From: an uncultured delta proteobacterium | Lineage (GTDB): Bacteria > Myxococcota > Myxococcia > Myxococcales > Myxococcaceae | NCBI GenBank assembly: GCA_963776345.1 | Contig: CAVZMH010000014.1 | Coordinates: forward strand, 32,001-96,000 | Direction: 5' to 3' | Length of the DNA: 64,000 nt | Shown here: one piece after another, positions 1 through 9,122 of the stretch | How the letters are laid out: every line of letters starts with the position of its first letter | Numbering within the stretch: the first letter of the stretch is position 1 | Notes under the pieces: generated by a model | What the model was told of the DNA's origin: nothing | Database searches by the model: none | Seen by the model: the letters and a program-made list of their open reading frames with translations, nothing else | Position numbers and translations under genes: made by a program

Positions 1-157
1 CGGGCTCTGGGACTTCCCTGAGGGGAAGACCTGGGGCATCCGGATCGGCTACCTGCCGCTCGAGGAGTACCTCTTCTTCGGGCTGCAGACGCTCCTCACC
101 GGGCTCTGGGCGGGGCGGCGGCTGCTCGCGCTGGGCGACCGCGGGGTGGCGGCATGA
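1..157 (+). CDS. crtYc: Lycopene cyclase domain protein, 5'-truncated (CrtYc-like)
   Basis: Frame 2 reads GLWDFPEGKTWGIRIGYLPLEEYLFFGLQTLL...stop. PxEExxFF is the lycopene-cyclase motif. ATGA overlap with the next gene. Confidence 0.75.
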   Translation, partial: GLWDFPEGKTWGIRIGYLPLEEYLFFGLQTLLTGLWAGRRLLALGDRGVAA

Positions 158-492
158 ACGGCCCGACCGCCTACCTGGCGCATCTCCTGGTCTGGGCGCT
201 GCCGGTCATCGGGGTGCAGCTCGCGGTCATCTCCTGGCGGTACCGGCGGCACACCTGGGCGGTGCTGCGGGCCGTGCTCCCGCCGGCGCTGGTCGTCACC
301 GCCTGGCTCGTCGCCGGGGACCACCTGGCCATCCGCGCCGGGGTCTGGCAGTTCGGCGAGGGGAAGCACCTCGGCGTGTACCTCGGCGCGGTGCCCATCG
401 AGGAGGCGCTGTTCTTCCTCCTGACCAACCTCCTGGTCGTCTTCGGTCTGGCGCTGTTCTGGCCCCGGGGCGCGGCGGAGGTGACTCCGTGA
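154..492 (+). CDS. crtYd: Lycopene cyclase domain protein (CrtYd-like)
   Basis: Hydrophobic 112 aa with DHLAIRAGVWQF and VPIEEALFF motifs; paired with the upstream cyclase half. Confidence 0.8.
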   Translation: MNGPTAYLAHLLVWALPVIGVQLAVISWRYRRHTWAVLRAVLPPALVVTAWLVAGDHLAIRAGVWQFGEGKHLGVYLGAVPIEEALFFLLTNLLVVFGLALFWPRGAAEVTP

Positions 493-1175
493 TTCCCGCC
501 TGCAAGGGCTGCCTCCGCCAGCACCTGGTCGACGCGTACGTCCGTCGCAAGGTCCGCGCGTCCTTCCGCGCGGTGTGGCTCCGGGGCGAGCTGCCGCCCG
601 CGCCGGGAGGGCTCGTGGTCTACGTGAACCACACCAACTGGTGGGACGGCTTCGTGGTGCACCAGCTCGGCAAGGCGGCGGGCTGGGACGGGTACGCGCT
701 GATGGAGGAGAGGAACCTCGCCTGCTACCCCTTCCTCCGGCACATCGGGGCGTTCTCGGTGCGGCGGGGAGAGGCGGCCTCGTCGCTGGAGACGCTGCGC
801 TACGCGCGGGGCCTCCTGCGCCAGCCCGGGGCGGCCATCTTCGTCTTCCCCGAGGGCGAGCACCGGCCGCCGGGAGAGCTCCCGCTCCGGCTCGAGCGCG
901 GGGTGGAGACCCTGGCCCGGATGAGCCAGGTGCCGTCGGTGCCGGTGGCCATCCGCTACGCCTTCTTCGAGCACGAGCGGCCGGACGTGCTCCTCGACAT
1001 CGGCACGCCGCACCCGCCGCTGCGGCTCGCGGACTACCAGCGGCGGCTGGAGGAGCGGGTGGCAGCGCTGCAGGCGGTGACGCGGCTCGAGGGATTCCGC
1101 CCGCTCCTGGAGGGCCACCGCGGCGTCGCCGAGCGCTGGGACGCCGTCCGGGGCCTGGGCGAGGGAGGGCGATGA
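489..1175 (+). CDS. Lysophospholipid/carotenoid acyltransferase family
   Basis: NHTNWWD (NHxxxxD) and FPEG motifs; lies between crtY and carA as in the myxobacterial car operon. Confidence 0.85.
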   Translation: MIPACKGCLRQHLVDAYVRRKVRASFRAVWLRGELPPAPGGLVVYVNHTNWWDGFVVHQLGKAAGWDGYALMEERNLACYPFLRHIGAFSVRRGEAASSLETLRYARGLLRQPGAAIFVFPEGEHRPPGELPLRLERGVETLARMSQVPSVPVAIRYAFFEHERPDVLLDIGTPHPPLRLADYQRRLEERVAALQAVTRLEGFRPLLEGHRGVAERWDAVRGLGEGGR

Positions 1176-2023
1176 GCCTGCGCATCCGCACCATCGCCCG
1201 CCTCACCGGCGTGCGCGAGGCGACGCTCCGGGCCTGGGAGCGCCGCTACGGCTTTCCCCGGCCGGCCCGCGGGGAGAACAACTACCGGGAGTACTCCCGC
1301 GACGAGGTGGAGGCGGTGCGCCGGGTGGCGCAGCTGCTCCAGGAGGGCTTCTCGGCCTCCGAGGCCATCGAGCAGGTGCGCCGCGTGCCGCTGGGCGAGC
1401 TGCCCATCGGCGCGCAGCTCCGCGAGCGCTTCTGGTCCGCGGTGGCCGTGCTCGACACCGAGGCCGCGGACAGGGCCCTGGAGGACGCCTCGGCGGTGAT
1501 GACCCCCACCGCCCTCTGTGACGGGCTCCTCCTCCCGCTGCTCCGCGAGATGTCCGACCGGCTGGACGTGGCCCGCGAGCACCTCGCCTCGGCGCTCGTC
1601 CGTCAGCGGCTCCGCGCGCTGGTCCTCGCGCCCGGGCCGAGCACCGGGCCGCGCGCGGTGCTGGCCTGCCCGGCGGGGGAGACCCACGAGGGTGGCCTGC
1701 TCGGACTGGGAGTGCACCTCAGGTCGATGGGCTGGACGCTGGCGGTGCTGGGAGCCGACACGCCGGTCGACGCCATCGCCAGCGCGGCGAGGACCCTCCA
1801 GGCCGACGTGGTGGCGCTCTCGCTGGTCATGCCCCGGACGCCGGTGGAGCTCGAGGCCACCCTGGCCGAGGTGGTGCGGGCGGTGCCCTGCCCGGTGGCG
1901 GTGGGCGGCCCCGGGGCCAGGGACGAGGTACGCCGGGTGCTGGCCGCAGGCGCCCACTTCGTGGAGAACGCGCAGGACCTGGGCGAGGTGGCCTCGGCCC
2001 GGCTGCGCCCCGCCGCCCGCTAG
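1172..2023 (+). CDS. carA: MerR-family HTH + cobalamin-binding-like domain repressor, CarA type
   Basis: Starts [31 protein letters not shown], which I recognise as CarA-like. Has EH and ETHEGG (ExHxxG) motifs but no Trp of the CarH W-x9-EH motif. Confidence 0.85.
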   Translation: MSLRIRTIARLTGVREATLRAWERRYGFPRPARGENNYREYSRDEVEAVRRVAQLLQEGFSASEAIEQVRRVPLGELPIGAQLRERFWSAVAVLDTEAADRALEDASAVMTPTALCDGLLLPLLREMSDRLDVAREHLASALVRQRLRALVLAPGPSTGPRAVLACPAGETHEGGLLGLGVHLRSMGWTLAVLGADTPVDAIASAARTLQADVVALSLVMPRTPVELEATLAEVVRAVPCPVAVGGPGARDEVRRVLAAGAHFVENAQDLGEVASARLRPAAR

Positions 2024-2037
2024 GCTACGAAGTTGCC

Positions 2038-2829
2038 ATGGCGAACCGGGTGGTGCTGGTGACCGGAGGCTCCCGCGGGGTGGGGCGGGCCGTCTCCCTG
2101 GTCCTCGCGGCCGAGGGCTGGGACGTGGTGGCGACGTACCGGCGGGACGAGGAGGCGGCGCGCGCGCTCGAGGCGGAGGTGACGGCGCTCGGGCGGCGGG
2201 CGCTGGTGCTCCGCGCGGACCAGCTGGAGCCCGGGAGCCTGGAGCCGGTCTTCGCCCGGACCCGCGAGACGTTCGGGGGGCTGGACGCGCTGGTGGCCAA
2301 CGCGGCGAGCACCGCCTTCGTGCCGCTGCTGGCGATGAAGCCGCACCAGATGGACAAGACGTTCGCGGTGACGGTGAAGAGCCTGGTGCTCCTCGCGCAG
2401 CTCGCGGTGCCGCTGATGCAGGGGCGCGCCGGAGCGAGCATCGTCGCCGTGTCCGGGATGGACAGCCGGATGCCGCTGCCGTTCCACGGCTTCCTCGGGG
2501 CGATGAAGGGGGCGATGGAGGTGCTGGTGAAGTACCTCGCCGCGGAGCTGGCGGCGGACCGCATCCGGGTCAACGCGGTCAACCCCGGCTACATCGACAC
2601 CGACAGCTCCCGCTTCTACATGGGCCCGGCCTGGGAGGCCCTGGCGGCGAACGTGGAGTCGCAGGTCCCGGCGGGCCACATCGCCACGCCCGAGGAGATC
2701 GCCCGGCCCATCGCCTGGCTCCTCTCCGACGCCGCGGGGTACGTGAACGGGACGACGCTGGTGGTCGACGGGGGTCTCGAGGTGGCCTACGGCATGGCGG
2801 TGGGCGCGCGCATCGCGGCGAAGACGTGA
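2038..2829 (+). CDS. SDR oxidoreductase (FabL-like enoyl-ACP reductase)
   Basis: [20 protein letters not shown] and VDGG motifs. Confidence 0.85.
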   Translation: MANRVVLVTGGSRGVGRAVSLVLAAEGWDVVATYRRDEEAARALEAEVTALGRRALVLRADQLEPGSLEPVFARTRETFGGLDALVANAASTAFVPLLAMKPHQMDKTFAVTVKSLVLLAQLAVPLMQGRAGASIVAVSGMDSRMPLPFHGFLGAMKGAMEVLVKYLAAELAADRIRVNAVNPGYIDTDSSRFYMGPAWEALAANVESQVPAGHIATPEEIARPIAWLLSDAAGYVNGTTLVVDGGLEVAYGMAVGARIAAKT

Positions 2830-3578
2830 GCGTCCGCCCGTCGCGGGCGAGCGTCGCCGTCACGGTGGCGTTCTGGGCGGTGGCGGGGGTGACGATGCCC
2901 GTGCTCTTCGTCCTGACCGGGCTCCTGTACCTGGTCACCGCCCCCCTGGACCCGGACCGGCGGGTGCTGCACGCCTTCGTCTGCCGGGTGTGCCACGGCT
3001 ACCTCCGCCTCAACCCCCTCTGGCGGGTCCGGGTGGAAGGCCGGGAGCGGATTCCGCCCGGTGCGGCGGTGCTGGTGGTGAACCACCAGTCGCTGGCGGA
3101 CGTGGCCGCGTGCATGGGCCTCCACCGGACCTTCAAGTTCGTCTCCAAGGCGTCGCTCTTCTCCATCCCGCTGGTCGGCTGGGCGATGTTGATGCTGCGC
3201 TACGTGCGGCTGGAGCGGGGGCGGCCGCATTCGACGCGTCAGATGCTCGAGGACTGCCGGCGCTGGCTCCGCCGCGGGGTGGCGGTGCTGATGTTCCCCG
3301 AGGGCACGTACGCACCCGGCGAGGCGCTGCTCCACTTCAAGCCCGGAGCGTTCCTCCTCGCGCGCGACGAGGGTGTCCCGGTGGTCCCGGTGCTCCTCTC
3401 CGGGACGCGGGACCTCGTCCTCGGCGACGGGCCGTGGATGGCGCCGCGGGTGGACATCCGCATCCGGGTGCTGGAGCCGGTGAAGGTCCCGCCCGGGGCG
3501 GACGCGCTGCACGTGGCCGGAGAGATGCGGGCGCGGTTCGCCCGGGAGCTGGGGCGGCCGCTGCACGTGCCGAGCTGA
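2826..3578 (+). CDS. 1-acyl-sn-glycerol-3-phosphate acyltransferase (PlsC-like)
   Basis: NHQSLAD, FVSK and FPEGT motifs; GTGA overlap with the SDR gene. Confidence 0.85.
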   Translation: MSVRPSRASVAVTVAFWAVAGVTMPVLFVLTGLLYLVTAPLDPDRRVLHAFVCRVCHGYLRLNPLWRVRVEGRERIPPGAAVLVVNHQSLADVAACMGLHRTFKFVSKASLFSIPLVGWAMLMLRYVRLERGRPHSTRQMLEDCRRWLRRGVAVLMFPEGTYAPGEALLHFKPGAFLLARDEGVPVVPVLLSGTRDLVLGDGPWMAPRVDIRIRVLEPVKVPPGADALHVAGEMRARFARELGRPLHVPS

Positions 3579-3589
3579 CGGGGCCGGCG

Positions 3590-4201
3590 CTACTCGCCGG
3601 TGCAGCGCGAGTAGTTCGGCGTGCTGACGCAGGTGGTCCTGCCGTCGCTGGCGAGGTTCATGTTCTGCCCTGGCGTCGTGCCCTCGTAGTGCTTGCTCCA
3701 GGCCTGGCCTCCGCCCGAGCTGCGGTGGGCCTGCGCGAGGACCATCAGATTCCCGAGCGGAGGGCCACCCTCGAGCCCGTAGTTCCCCTGCGCGTCGACC
3801 CACCAGCGGCCGGGCCACACCTGGCCGATGAGCTGCTGGAGCCCGAGCACGTCCACCGGGTGCAGCTCGCGGCCGTTGACGAAGACACCGGTGAGCCTCC
3901 CCTGGCCGCCGCCCGATGCATCGGCCGGGAGCGGTCCGCCGAGGGCGAGGCCCGGAGGAAGGAAGGCCAGCGTCGGTCCGCCCCAGCGCCCCGAGGCCCC
4001 GGTGCGCGGGTCGTACCAGTACCCGCCGTCGTCGAGGCGGCCCACCCCGCGCTCCAGGCGCTCCAGGGTGGCGAGCTCCGAGGCGCCGAGGAGGCGGTTG
4101 TTGAAGCGGACCTTCCGCGTGGCCGCCGGCTTCGTCGCCGGGGCCTGCCGCGCCTCGGAGGCTCCGGCCATCAGGAGGAGCGTCAGGACCAGCATGCGCA
4201 T
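3590..4201 (-). CDS. Secreted hypothetical protein with EDR4/XLG-like YWYD...VFVNGRELH domain
   Basis: Signal peptide MRMLVLTLLLMAGASEA; motifs YWYDPRTG, TGVFVNGRELH, WWVDAQGNY. Confidence 0.7.
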   Translation of the reverse strand: MRMLVLTLLLMAGASEARQAPATKPAATRKVRFNNRLLGASELATLERLERGVGRLDDGGYWYDPRTGASGRWGGPTLAFLPPGLALGGPLPADASGGGQGRLTGVFVNGRELHPVDVLGLQQLIGQVWPGRWWVDAQGNYGLEGGPPLGNLMVLAQAHRSSGGGQAWSKHYEGTTPGQNMNLASDGRTTCVSTPNYSRCTGE

Positions 4202-4315
4202 GGGACACCTCCGGGCGAGCGGCGGCATTCTCGCACCGGCGCGCGCCGGAGGCCCATCCGGCGCCCGGCGAGCGGCCAGGAGACCCCGGATTCCCCGGTA
4301 CCGCGGGGCCCCCGG

Positions 4316-4606
4316 TCAGAGCTCGATGCGGGGCTCGTCCGGGTTCGGCTTGTAGATCAGCACCGTGCGCCCGAGCACCTGCGCCACCAGGGCGCCCGTC
4401 GCGGTGGCGAGCGCCTGGGCCTGCTCCTGCCGGGTGTCGCGGTCCTCGGAGGCGAGCTTCACCTTCACCAGCTCGTGGTCCCAGAGCGCCTGCTCCAGCG
4501 CGGCGACCACGCCCGGGGTGACGCCCTCCTGGCCCACCTGCACCACCGCCGCGAGGTGGTGGCCGAGGGCACGGAGCTTGCGCCGCTGCTTTCCGTCGAG
4601 GGTCAT
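4316..4606 (-). CDS. yhbY: CRM-domain RNA-binding protein YhbY
   Basis: LDGKQRRKLRALGHHL...VGQEG...HELVKVK...QVLGRTVLIY. Confidence 0.93.
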   Translation of the reverse strand: MTLDGKQRRKLRALGHHLAAVVQVGQEGVTPGVVAALEQALWDHELVKVKLASEDRDTRQEQAQALATATGALVAQVLGRTVLIYKPNPDEPRIEL

Positions 4607-4607
4607 C

Positions 4608-7091
4608 TCACTTCTGGCCGGCGATGCGGATCTCGCGCTGCGCGTCCACGTGCTGCGGATCCAGCGCCACGCAGCGCTTGAAGTGCTTCAGCGCGGTCGT
4701 GGCGTCGCCGGTGAGCTTGTACAGCTGGCCGATGAAGTAGTGCGCCGGGGCGCAGCGCTCGTTGAGCTTCAGCGACTGGTTCAGGTCACGCAGGGCCTCC
4801 ACCATCGCCACCTTCTTGTCCGGGAGGGTGAAGAAGCGGGCGTAGCCCCGCCAGGCGTAGAACTCGCCTTCGCGCGGATTGGCGGCGATGGCGTCGTCGA
4901 ACGTCTTCACCGCCTCGGGGAAGCGCCGGGCCCGCACCAGCGCCGTTCCCTTGTTGAAGGTCTCCTCGGCCTGGAGCACCGACTGCACGTCCACCTCGCC
5001 CGGTCCGCCGTCGGCGAGCGTCTCCTTGTAGCGGGCGCGCGAGGCGTCGTCGGCGAGCATCCGGTTGGCCTCGCCGATGGCGGCGAAGATCTCCGCCTTC
5101 GCCCGGCCCAGCTCGGGGGGAGCGTCGGGCGGAACGGTGTCGGGGTGGTACAGCTTGGCGAGCTTGAAGTAGGCCGCCTTCACCGCGGCCGCGTCGACGT
5201 TCTCGGGGACGCCGAGCACCTGGAAGTGGTTCTCCTTCCGGATCTTCTCCAGCTTGGCCTGGAGCGCGCGGAGCTCCGCGGTGAACCCGGGAGAGGCCGG
5301 CCGCGGCGTCGGCATCGGCGCGATGCGGGGCGGGTCGGCCTGGGGGAGCGACGCCAGCCCGGTCGGGGTGATCGCCGGGGCCCGCGGAGCCGCGGGAGCT
5401 TGCGTCGCCGCCGGGGCGGATGGCGCGGTGGGCTTGCGGGGCGGCGCCGGGGCGGCCGCGGCAGGCGCGGGCCGCGGGGGCGGCGTCGCGACCGGAGGGA
5501 CGGGAGTGGGCCGCGACGGGGCCGCGGGCTCGGGACGAGGCGGCGGGGCGGGAGGTGCGCGCAGCGTCACCTCGGGGAACGAGACCGCGTCCAGCTCGCG
5601 CAGGAGCAGCGCGACCCGGAGGATGGTGTCCATCTCGCCGGCGTTGCTCTGCGCGAGGTGCGCCAGCGAGCGGGTGCCGTCGAAGTAGCCCATGGCGCGC
5701 GTCTCCTGCGCGGTGAGGCGGAGGTCAGGCAGCGAATCGCCGGCGCTCCGGCGCACCACTGGCCGCTCGCGCACGTCCATCAGGCGCGACTTGAGGTCGG
5801 GAAGCGGGACCCGGCGGATGACCTCCGCCAGGAGCCCCCAGCGGTTGCCGAGCGGGACCACCTTGCTGGCCGGTAGCTCGAGCGCCTCGAAGCGGAAGCT
5901 CCCGCGCGGCGCGAGGTAGGCGTGGAGGAGGATGTCCGCCGCCCGCTGGGCCAGCGCGGGGAAGACCAGCCCGGGGTTCACGGCGCCGATGGTGAAGAGC
6001 GCAGCGAGCACGTCGTTGCCGTACTTGATCGCCTCGTGCTCGGCACGGGACACCTGATCCGCCGTGGCCAGCCGCTGGGCGACGAGGAAGGGGCCGATCG
6101 CGTCGGAGGCGTGCGTCGACTCGGCCGACTCGGGGTTCCCGCGCCGCATGTACACGGTGGCGGTCCGGTCCTCGAGGTCGAAGAAGAAGAGCCCGGTGGC
6201 GCTGGCCCGCGCGCCCTGGACGTAGACCTTCAGCGCGTTGGTCTCGGCGAGGTCCGCCCGGAGCAGGCTGAAGGTCGAGGTGAGCGGAGTGGCGGCCCGG
6301 GCGGGTGGCTTCGACGCTCCCGGCGGGGCGAGCTCGAAGGGCACCGCCTCGGCCCAGGCATCCTGCGGCTCGAGCGGCGCCTGCCCGCGCGTCGGCGGCG
6401 GGGTGAGAGGCTCGGCGGTGAGCACCGGAACGCTGCCGGTGGGCGTGCGTCCGGCCGCAGCCGCGGGCGCCGGAGCGATGGGCTCGGCAGGCGCGGCGGT
6501 GAGCACGGGAACGGTCTGGAAGGTCCCGGTGGGTGTCCGCCCTGGCGCCGGTGCCGGCGGCGAGGTGAGGGGCTCGGCGGTGATCACGGGAACGCTGTCG
6601 GTGGGCGTCCGTCCGGCCGCTGCCGTAGGCGCCGGAGCGACGGGCTCTGCGGGGGCGGCGGTGAGTACCGGGGGAGCAGCACTCGGTGCGGGAACGGGCC
6701 GTCCGGGCGCTGCGGGCCGGCCTCCCTTCGGTGCGCGGCCCACCGCCGGCGGCGTGCTGGCCCTGTCACCTGCCGCGTCCGTCTGCGCATCGGCGCCGAA
6801 GAGCGCGGCGTCGAGCTGACCCTCGACCGGGCCGGAGGACCCGGCCGGCGCGCCGGACTCCGCGTCGAGCTGGACGTCCCGGCGGTCGTCGTCTCCCCAG
6901 AGGTGGCGGGGGAAGTAGTCGCGCAGCTGCGGGAAGCGGTAGGGGAGCGCGTAGGACTCGCCGTCGGTCGAGACCTGGAGGAGGCCCTGGAGCACGCCGC
7001 CGTCGATGAGGAGCTCGACGGTGGAGGGCTCGATGGGGCCGAACACCTTCCCCTCGCGGTTCCGGACGAAGATCTGCGTGCCGCCCGTCAT
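4608..7091 (-). CDS. J-domain (DnaJ) protein with Pro-rich linkers, DUF4388-like middle region and C-terminal TPRs
   Basis: HFQVLGV...KAAYFKLAKLYHPD J-domain, followed by TPR-like helices; N-terminal GYF-like FGP motif. Confidence 0.85.
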   Translation of the reverse strand: MTGGTQIFVRNREGKVFGPIEPSTVELLIDGGVLQGLLQVSTDGESYALPYRFPQLRDYFPRHLWGDDDRRDVQLDAESGAPAGSSGPVEGQLDAALFGADAQTDAAGDRASTPPAVGRAPKGGRPAAPGRPVPAPSAAPPVLTAAPAEPVAPAPTAAAGRTPTDSVPVITAEPLTSPPAPAPGRTPTGTFQTVPVLTAAPAEPIAPAPAAAAGRTPTGSVPVLTAEPLTPPPTRGQAPLEPQDAWAEAVPFELAPPGASKPPARAATPLTSTFSLLRADLAETNALKVYVQGARASATGLFFFDLEDRTATVYMRRGNPESAESTHASDAIGPFLVAQRLATADQVSRAEHEAIKYGNDVLAALFTIGAVNPGLVFPALAQRAADILLHAYLAPRGSFRFEALELPASKVVPLGNRWGLLAEVIRRVPLPDLKSRLMDVRERPVVRRSAGDSLPDLRLTAQETRAMGYFDGTRSLAHLAQSNAGEMDTILRVALLLRELDAVSFPEVTLRAPPAPPPRPEPAAPSRPTPVPPVATPPPRPAPAAAAPAPPRKPTAPSAPAATQAPAAPRAPAITPTGLASLPQADPPRIAPMPTPRPASPGFTAELRALQAKLEKIRKENHFQVLGVPENVDAAAVKAAYFKLAKLYHPDTVPPDAPPELGRAKAEIFAAIGEANRMLADDASRARYKETLADGGPGEVDVQSVLQAEETFNKGTALVRARRFPEAVKTFDDAIAANPREGEFYAWRGYARFFTLPDKKVAMVEALRDLNQSLKLNERCAPAHYFIGQLYKLTGDATTALKHFKRCVALDPQHVDAQREIRIAGQK
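6402..6672. repeat. Intragenic imperfect duplication, 162-nt period
   Basis: PVLTAAPAEPxAPAPxAAAGRTPTxSVPVxTAEPLT occurs twice; CTCGGCGGTG at 6411 and 6573. Confidence 0.75.
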
Positions 7092-7166
7092 CTGAAGACA
7101 CTCATACCCCAGCCGGGGCCGGGACCGTAACGCGCGATTCCGGGGCTGCGCGAACGCGCCGACGGA

Positions 7167-8666
7167 TCAGCGGCCCGGTCCTGGAGTCGCCCCGACCGCG
7201 CTGCACCGCGTGCGGTACTGCTCGAGGCGAGCCTCGAGATCGCGGCGGACCGCAGCGGGGACCCCGTCGGGCAGGGCGTCGATGGCGCGGGCCTGGCTGG
7301 CGACGGCCTCCGAGCACCGCCCCAGCTGTGCCTGCACCGCGGCCAGCGTGTCCAGCATGCTGGGGTCGTACGGCGCGAGCTGGATCGCCTTGCTGATGAG
7401 GGGCGCGGCCTCGGCGGCCTTGCCCTGCCCGGCGTAGAGCCAGGCCAGGTCGTTCAGCGGCGTCGGGTCGTCGGGCCGGAGGGCGATGGCCTTGCGGAAC
7501 GCAGCCTCGCGCTCGGCCGCAGCCGCGGGGGTCGACACCAGGGCCTGCCCGAGCGCGACCCAGCCGCGCCCATCGTCCGGATGGGCCTCGGTGATCCGCC
7601 GAGCCAGCGTGGCACGCTCCGCGGCGGGCGCCCCTCGAGCCTGGAGCAGGAGCGCGCTGGCGTTCGCCGGCTCGAGCTTGAGCGCCGCGGCGAGCTCGCG
7701 GTGGGCCTCCTCCTCGTGGGCGGGTCGATCGGAGGTCGATCGCGCAGCCGCCATGGCCACGCGGGCGCGCTCGGCATGCACGTCCGCCTCGGTGAGGGCA
7801 GCCTCCTTCATCGGCGTCGCCGGCTGCGTGAAGGGGGCCAGGAACTCGCTGTAGTTGCCGTGCTTGACGTACTGGTTGAGGGCGTCGTCCACGTCCGGAG
7901 TGTTCAGGCCCGGGAGGATGACCTTCCAGGCCTTGTCGGGGTCGATGCCCTTGGCAAGCAACCCCTGCAGCTGGTCGAACTGCGCCGGGTGCGCGTTGTA
8001 GAGCCAGTGCACCATCACCCAGCTCAGGCCGTAGAGCCCGTGCACCGTGGCCTCCGGCATCGCATCGAGCTTGCCCGACCACGCGAGGGCGTCCGCCACC
8101 CGCAGGCTCCGGAACGAGTTGTACTTCCGGATGGCCTCGAGATTGACCGCGCCGACGACCACCGTCTTGCCGTCCTCGCCAGGGCGGACGGTCTCCAGGA
8201 ACTGGGCGAGCCCTTCCGCAAACCAGCGCGGCTGCCGGCGGTAGACGCTCGCCGCGAGGTGGTGGACGAGCTCGTGCCGCAGGATGGAGGTGGTCTCCGG
8301 GGTGGCGAGGCTCGCCCGGTGCTCCCACTTCTCGGGGGTGCCGTACATCACGGCGAAGGGCGGCACCTCGTGGAAGAAGACCCCGGCGAGGTTCCGGCCG
8401 AAGTGGTGCTCGAAGTCGAGCCCGTTGGAGAAGACCGTCATCTCGATCCGGTCGCCCGCGGGCAAGGTGGCTCGCGGCCAGGCGGCGGCGATGATCTCCG
8501 CCCGGAAGCGCTCGGCGGCCAGGGCGGCCTCCCGCGCCGCGCCGGAGCCGAGGTCCGTCCGGAGAACGACGTGCGGCGCCTGGATCTCGCGCCAGCCGGA
8601 GTCGGCCCGCGCCACGCCCGACAGCAGCATTCCCAGAAGGACCGCCCGTTCGACAGCTCGTCTCAT
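7167..8666 (-). CDS. Secreted gluzincin-like (DUF1570-type) peptidase-domain + TPR protein
   Basis: Signal peptide; HELVH...PRWFAEGLA; C-terminal TPRs (LNDLAWLY, MLDTLA). Confidence 0.8.
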   Translation of the reverse strand: MRRAVERAVLLGMLLSGVARADSGWREIQAPHVVLRTDLGSGAAREAALAAERFRAEIIAAAWPRATLPAGDRIEMTVFSNGLDFEHHFGRNLAGVFFHEVPPFAVMYGTPEKWEHRASLATPETTSILRHELVHHLAASVYRRQPRWFAEGLAQFLETVRPGEDGKTVVVGAVNLEAIRKYNSFRSLRVADALAWSGKLDAMPEATVHGLYGLSWVMVHWLYNAHPAQFDQLQGLLAKGIDPDKAWKVILPGLNTPDVDDALNQYVKHGNYSEFLAPFTQPATPMKEAALTEADVHAERARVAMAAARSTSDRPAHEEEAHRELAAALKLEPANASALLLQARGAPAAERATLARRITEAHPDDGRGWVALGQALVSTPAAAAEREAAFRKAIALRPDDPTPLNDLAWLYAGQGKAAEAAPLISKAIQLAPYDPSMLDTLAAVQAQLGRCSEAVASQARAIDALPDGVPAAVRRDLEARLEQYRTRCSAVGATPGPGR

Positions 8667-8734
8667 GGGTCTCCCCCCTCGGACCTCGACTTTACTCCGG
8701 CGAGGCCGGTCCGTCGGGCTAGAAGGGTGCGGAC

Positions 8735-9103
8735 ATGGACTGGTTCCGCAGCGTCGTGGGGGTGGTGGTGGGGTTCGGCGTCTTCTTCATCGGGTCGCTC
8801 ATGCCGCGGGGCGCCGCCATGGAGCACCCCGGCAGCGCGCCCACTGCCGGGTTCGCCGCCGGGGCGATCGGCTACGGCGTGGTGTTCGCCGCCCTCGCCG
8901 GGTTGACCGCGGCCAGCATCGCCGGGCGCAAGCAAGTGCAGCACGCGGCGGTGGTGGCCGGGCTCATCGCGGTCGCGGCGCTGGCGCACCCCTGGCTCGA
9001 GCCCGGGGCGAACCCGCGCTGGCTGGACCTCGCCGCCGCGCTGCTGATGGCGCCGGCGGCGGTGTTCGCCGGGTGGGCGCGCGGGCGGCTGCAGCCGAGC
9101 TGA
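8735..9103 (+). CDS. Small membrane protein
   Basis: 122 aa with about four hydrophobic segments and a clean ATG start. Confidence 0.65.
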   Translation: MDWFRSVVGVVVGFGVFFIGSLMPRGAAMEHPGSAPTAGFAAGAIGYGVVFAALAGLTAASIAGRKQVQHAAVVAGLIAVAALAHPWLEPGANPRWLDLAAALLMAPAAVFAGWARGRLQPS

Positions 9104-9122
9104 GGCGCCTCCGGGGCGGCGC

